From NCBI GenBank assembly GCA_051362555.1, contig CM120649.1:1798001-1862000 (forward strand): DNA of 64,000 bases, in the 5' to 3' direction. Source of the DNA: Lingula anatina. Taxonomy: Eukaryota > Animalia > Brachiopoda. The position numbers and the translations under genes are program-made. The notes below the pieces were generated by a model. It worked only from the letters and a program-made list of their open reading frames with translations, had not been told where the DNA came from and searched no databases. The stretch's first letter is position 1; the number at the start of each line of letters is the position of its first letter. Below, piece after piece: positions 59,401-64,000 of the stretch.

Positions 59401-62294
59401 TGAATCCATAGACATTAGTTGACCTGCCTTAGTAAATGCTCAATTTATTTGAATTAAAATATCTCAGCTGAAAGAGCATACATACTTAGCATTTTATACG
59501 CCTTGCAATATCCTCATTTCAGCTTCGTGCGACAAGTATGGCTGCTTGAATGGCGGAACATGTGTATATAATAAGACAAATATGCTACGGTGGTGCATTT
59601 GTCCCGAGGGTTATTACGGAAGAGAGTGCGAAATAGGTAAGCCGCTCCTTTCTAATACTGCATACATTGTGTATCTCAGTATTGGCAGATAGCAGCTGAT
59701 ACATCCAAGATGTAAAGCATGCAGCAAAAAGATTTACAAAGCAAATTTAGCAGCGCAATGACTGATGCCAGAAGATATGTAGCAAATACCAGTAATAGTA
59801 ACTATAGATTGATCTCAAGTCATATGGCTCTTGATCTCTCTTTATAAAACTATAATACCATATTAAAACGATTAGGTGGAACTTATAAAACCACGTCATA
59901 AATAACGCCCATTAAAGTGGTTTAAATTTTTTTAATATTTTGTCGCGGGCGAGTACCAACGTACACTGTTTTCTTTGTTTTCAGCAATATGTGGGGAAAA
60001 CGCCCACTGCGCTTCCAGGAGTAAACCATTTCATAAGAACAATGACAAGTGCTATTCACTATTTGGTCTTCATTGTTTTTGCAACGATGGTTACAGCGGG
60101 GATGGATTTAACTGCACCGGTAAGTCTTAGGCCGCATTCAGTCCAAACTAGTCCGCGAGTCAAATATGGCGAACCCACTTAAAACTTTGTAGTATTCAGT
60201 CGCGGGCGAGTGCATACTTACATTTTTTAGATTTGGTTTCAGCACAATGTGGGGAAAACGCACACTGCGCTTACACTCCAAGTAATCGCCCATTGCCTGA
60301 GAACAACTGCGGTTCATTAAATGGCCAACATTGTGTTTGCAACGAGGGTTACAGCGGGGATGGATTTAACTGCATGCACCGGTAAGTCTTGGACTACATT
60401 CAGAACAGTCTACAAACTAGTCCGCCGGTCAAATATGGCCAACCCACTAGAATAGGTACTCTTACCTCATATATTCAGTGTCTGTTAGTGGATTAGACGG
60501 TCCTACCGCAAACTGCGCCGTATTTAAAGAGAGGGGAAAAAACAGACATGGACGAGTTGAAGAGTTAAGACAAAAGGTAACACACGGCACTCTAGCCAGC
60601 CGTAATATATAATATTTATAATTAGATTTTTTAATTTCCAATTTTTAAATATATGTAATATAAATAATAACTTGTGCAATTTGACGTCAGGCAATGTCTA
60701 TACCACTGGAATCTGATCAAAAATGTGAGTAAAGATCTATTTATATTGCATTAAGATATGCGCAGAATACAGACTTGACATTTAATATGGGATTTTTTTT
60801 TATTTTTTTTTTTTATTTTGCCAAATCATTTCTCAATTTTTTCGTATTATGCTGACTGACAAATGAAAATAATGATTAAAGCCGTGTTTTAATAACTTAA
60901 GATTATCTCCTTAATGTCGTGATATCAGTTCATTGATCGAAGCAAACAGAAATACATTGCCTACTCGATGTCATACGACATCCAATAAAAGAGATATTTT
61001 TGATCGCCATATTTTCCGAATTATCGTCCGTAAAAGATAACACTCGCCACAAAGGACCCTCATGTCAGTGTCTAGTCACAGCAACGGTTGTTGTTACGCC
61101 TGGTCTCTTCTGGCTGCTACCAGCACTCTCAAGCGGCAAGGTAGCCCTTGGGATAGATATTTAGAGTTCAATCTGGAAAAAAAATCGAGGCGTAGGTCAA
61201 AACTTGTCCAATTTGGTACAGTTTTGTTGTAGGACATTTGGGCCGTTGATTCGGCGAGTAATGGCCTAGCCACATATTGTCTATGTGGTTCAAATATAGC
61301 GATTTTGATGACCAAGGCATCTGCTCATTTATTCGTTTCTGTAAGTTATCTGATATTAAAATTGCTCTGTGTGAACCGTTGTGAACGGAATGCAGGTGAG
61401 CATATATAATTACTCCGCAAAAACGCCGATTTGCAGGTTCGTCTCTCTGGCGTAGTGGTTAGGCTGTGCAACAATGTGAATCCAGAACAGTATCTTTAAG
61501 TAATCTGATGGGAGTTCTAATCCCTATAAACATAAAGTTCCGTTTTTAACTTTTGTGTGATTTTTGTCTTTGTCATGTTTGCTGGTCATTTTATTTTGCC
61601 ACGTCGGATTATTTTGATTGGTTACAGATGACACGCGCTTTCTTGCACTACTATGAATACGTTCACATTCTGATACCACACTCTCACTTGACATTGGGTA
61701 TGGAAGGGACGAGCAGCACCCTTGCTAGACCCAACATAGAAGTTATATTTCAGTTTCTTCAAGAGGGTACATAGCCGATAGGCACAACACCGACCCAGAA
61801 AAGAGTTATTCGAAGAACTAGCAAGTCGAATTATAAATAAGTTTTCATTTACAGTTACTTTTCATAATGTTCAAAATACACACGATTTTCGTTTACACAG
61901 GCCATATTAGCTTTCACACAGACATACATTCCTAGGAATGTAAGTCCGTCAGACCTTCGCGCCTTTCGTCGTTTATAAATATCGTCGCCGCCCTTTTCTG
62001 TCATTCTTATTTGCTCACCAGCCATCCATGAGGATCTATCTGACCTTCATAAGGGTGTCCTGGTCGCTATACCACCTGAATATTAACATCTACTCACGTA
62101 ATTCTGATGAAGGTCAGGTTGGCCGAAAGCTTACTATATGAAAGATTTCTCGGCTTGTGTTTGATAATGTTCATTTATGACTGGTATATTACTGAATGCA
62201 CCAAAATGTGCTGTAATGAAAAACGGGGTCAAGGTGTTTCTCAAATGTATTTTTCGTTTCTTTCAGAATCTACGAAATAAACGCCAGAAAATGA
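54543..62294 (+). CDS. Copy 6: rearranged copy SP-(dead A)-C-C-B-C-C, 258 aa if A is skipped, otherwise a pseudogene (exons 54543-54627, 58546-58680, 58773-58913, 59523-59636, 59985-60119, 60243-60381, 62267-62294)
   Basis: Signal exon MVGLLFCSSLVLALIACVFLSQSQLSQI is intact; five open 6-Cys exons with canonical splice sites. The last C exon has a TGCA duplication after Cys6 that only changes the tail to MHRIYEINARK*. TATA region is damaged and intron 1 deleted. Confidence 0.55.
55261..55573. mobile_element. Partial copy of the 36841-37367 MITE
   Basis: attagtcaaaaaggttgtcccacc..; one TIR plus interior in the opposite orientation. Confidence 0.75.
56025..56141 (+). pseudogene. Dead A exon of copy 6
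   Basis: Acceptor CAG changed to CCG (56022-56024) and Cys5 codon changed to TGA (56105-56107); closest to the A exon of copy 2. Confidence 0.85.
56193..56867 (+). mobile_element. Helentron-associated (HINE-like) element
   Basis: Subterminal inverted repeats tatccccgcactt (56196) / aagtgcggggata (56827), cgtc microrepeat, 3' hairpin gatggttacccatc; its ctagtt end is split by the Tc1 insertion; a similar 3' end is at about 52207-52252. Confidence 0.65.
56868..58526 (-). mobile_element. Full-length decayed Tc1-like transposon (1659 bp)
   Basis: TA TSD; TIR cagggttaccacttaatatggaatatt; minus-strand transposase pieces YYARRPVGKPLLT, WNHVVFSDKARY, FVYQDDWATPHR, LPWPANYPDMNPIENLW in different frames. 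Confidence 0.92.
60770..61380 (-). mobile_element. 3' fragment of the 46177-type Tc1 family
   Basis: TA plus cagacttgacatttaatatgg; reverse complement matches about 47225-47838. Confidence 0.8.
61400..62164 (+). mobile_element. Penelope-like 3' remnant in the last intron of copy 6
   Basis: Shares its last approximately 150 bp with 41088-41570. ORF 61553..61774 ends HYYEYVH..GME..AR.NIE..GT*PIG, loosely like a GIY-YIG C-terminus. Left boundary uncertain. Confidence 0.45.
62098..62142 (+). ncRNA. Putative minimal type I hammerhead ribozyme
   Basis: CTGATGA (62104-62110), A, stem II GGTC/GGCC, GAAA (62125-62128), palindromic AAGCTT stem III; stem I pairing is weak. Confidence 0.5.
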
Positions 62295-63893
62295 AATAAC
62301 AAAAATATGCTAGGGAGGATACAAAGTTATTTGATTAATTTCAGAACCAAATATATAATAGATATATAAATGAATAATATATATTCATTTGGACATTTAT
62401 TAAAATTATATCTGACTTAAAAATATCAAATGAAAATAAAATATTTTGGGTATTGCATTTGGTTCTTTTTCGTGCTCCTCAATTTTCATATCTCATTTGA
62501 TTTGCTATTTATGACTCTCAGCATAAAATCCTAAGTCGTATTTAGTTAAAGTACGAACAGAAATTTAATTAATCAGTGAAGATAGTAAGGCACCTTTCCA
62601 AAATGAATTAACATAAAACCTACATGTTACGCTATAAATACCAGTCCCACGTGGAAATGAAGGCATCTGGACAACAGCACATGAACCAAAAATTATTATG
62701 GAAATATTTTAGCAATTGTCAAGATATAAACCCACGTCTTCATTCTGAAGATTGTGTCTTTTGTTACTGCATCTGTCGATACTGTAATTTTGTCGTTGAC
62801 CAAATTTAAAAGTAAACATAGTTTTGATTTGGTTCGTAGAAATACATGGTCGCCAAACAGTATGCTAAAACAGAGGTCGTAAACAAACATCGCTTTTCAT
62901 ATAGCCAAATAAGTGATTTATATCATCCACAGCGTCATGCGGGTTTCCATCATTTTTAATTCTGACGTCCTGTATCAGAGTAGCACTGATTTTAAATGGG
63001 TGATGCAAATAGAATAGCTATAAGAAGCCTTCTTTGGTTGAATATTTGGCTGTCTAGACCTCGTCTAGGTTTTTAGGCATGCACAACACTCGCACACACG
63101 CACACACACACGAGAGAGAGAAATAGGGAGAGAGAGCGTGAGTGAGAGGGGGGGTGAGGAAAGCTTGACCGATGTTACAGATGTATTTATTTGTTTAAGT
63201 GTTATTTACTAGAATTAAATCGTGGCCTCTTTGCAACCCCACAAATTAAAACGTCTGCACTATGTTGTTTGGGAATTATATATAAAATAGTCTTTTCAGA
63301 CGTAAAATCTACGTATTTTGGCACTGTCACAATTATTTCATTTTAACATCAAAATTTAATTCATTTTAGTACAAGGATTCACAATAAAAGCGGCCGCCAT
63401 CGGCCAAATTTCGAACATCATACTTGAGTTTGTCATTTTATTGCTTCTTTCTCGGCATCGTATTGAACTTTTCGATCAAGGAGACATAAATGGTGTCTGC
63501 TGACAAATTCGCCTCCAGGATAATCAATACGGCTTAACAAGCATCGCTTTTCACATAGTCATGTATTGGAGGTTATTTCATATCTACCAAAACGCCGTAC
63601 GAGTTTTCATTACTTTTTTATTTCGACGCCCTGGGTCAAAGTAGCGCTGAAGTAAACTGGGTGATGCAGTATTAACAAACTATTGACAACATTTAGTTTA
63701 AGTGATTTTTATTCTGAAGAGTGAGGGAAAAAATGCTGACCAAAAGTGCACAAAAAGTGTCAGGTGGACATTTTTTTTACAAAATTAATTCCATAAATAG
63801 TAGTTACCCTGCCTTATTAAAATGCTCAAAATATACGAATTGAAATATATCAACTGAATGAGCATGGGTATCATTTTATAATCCTCATTTCAG

Positions 63894-64000
63894 TTTCGTG
63901 CGACAAGTATGGCTGCTGGAATGGCGGAACGTGTTTAGCTTTTGTTTTAAATTTTTGACCATTGTTTATTTGTCCCAAGGGTTACTACGGAACATTGTGA
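63894..64000 (+). pseudogene. Copy 7: orphan B exon with stops
   Basis: SCDKYGCWNGGTCLAFVLNF*PLFICPKGYYGTL*; TGA at 63956 and 63998, Cys4 lost. The intergenic repeat is fused to the A-B intron at about 63668, so promoter, signal exon and A are deleted. Confidence 0.85.

Noticed and set aside
2648-64000. One long Notch/fibropellin-like multi-EGF gene spanning the window
   Set aside because: Promoters, signal exons, stop exons and poly(A) signals recur per unit; no Ca-binding EGF consensus or transmembrane exon was found.
56105-64000. TGA at cysteine positions (56105, 63998) as selenocysteine
   Set aside because: TGY to TGA is a single substitution, both exons carry other inactivating lesions (lost AG; second stop and lost Cys), and no SECIS was recognised.

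Overview
AT-rich, intron-containing eukaryotic DNA, most likely from an invertebrate (host not identifiable from sequence alone). The window is a head-to-tail (+ strand) tandem array of seven copies of one gene family that the ORF track misses because the exons are short. Each unit has a CCAAT/TATA promoter, a non-coding exon 1, a signal-peptide exon, a variable string of three kinds of symmetric phase-1 six-cysteine exons (A and B are EGF-like; C is an atypical EGF_3/TIL-like module with a variable loop) and a short stop exon that usually encodes 4 residues. Architectures differ per copy: SP-A-B-C (copies 1 and 5), SP-A truncated (copy 2), SP-A-B-C-C (copy 3), SP-A-B-C-A-B-C (copy 4), SP-(dead A)-C-C-B-C-C (copy 6) and a B-only pseudogene (copy 7). 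In the two exon pairs counted by hand, paralogues differ almost only by amino-acid-changing substitutions around fixed cysteines, suggesting a rapidly diversifying secreted effector repertoire (toxin, immune or recognition). The array is heavily invaded by transposons: a CR1/L2-group LINE with intact ORF2 and tandem 2A-like motifs, an L1/Tx1 fragment, several Tc1/mariner copies, nested long-TIR foldback elements, Harbinger-like MITEs, Helentron-type elements and Penelope-like remnants with a hammerhead-ribozyme core. Gene models were assembled by hand from splice sites and need RNA confirmation.
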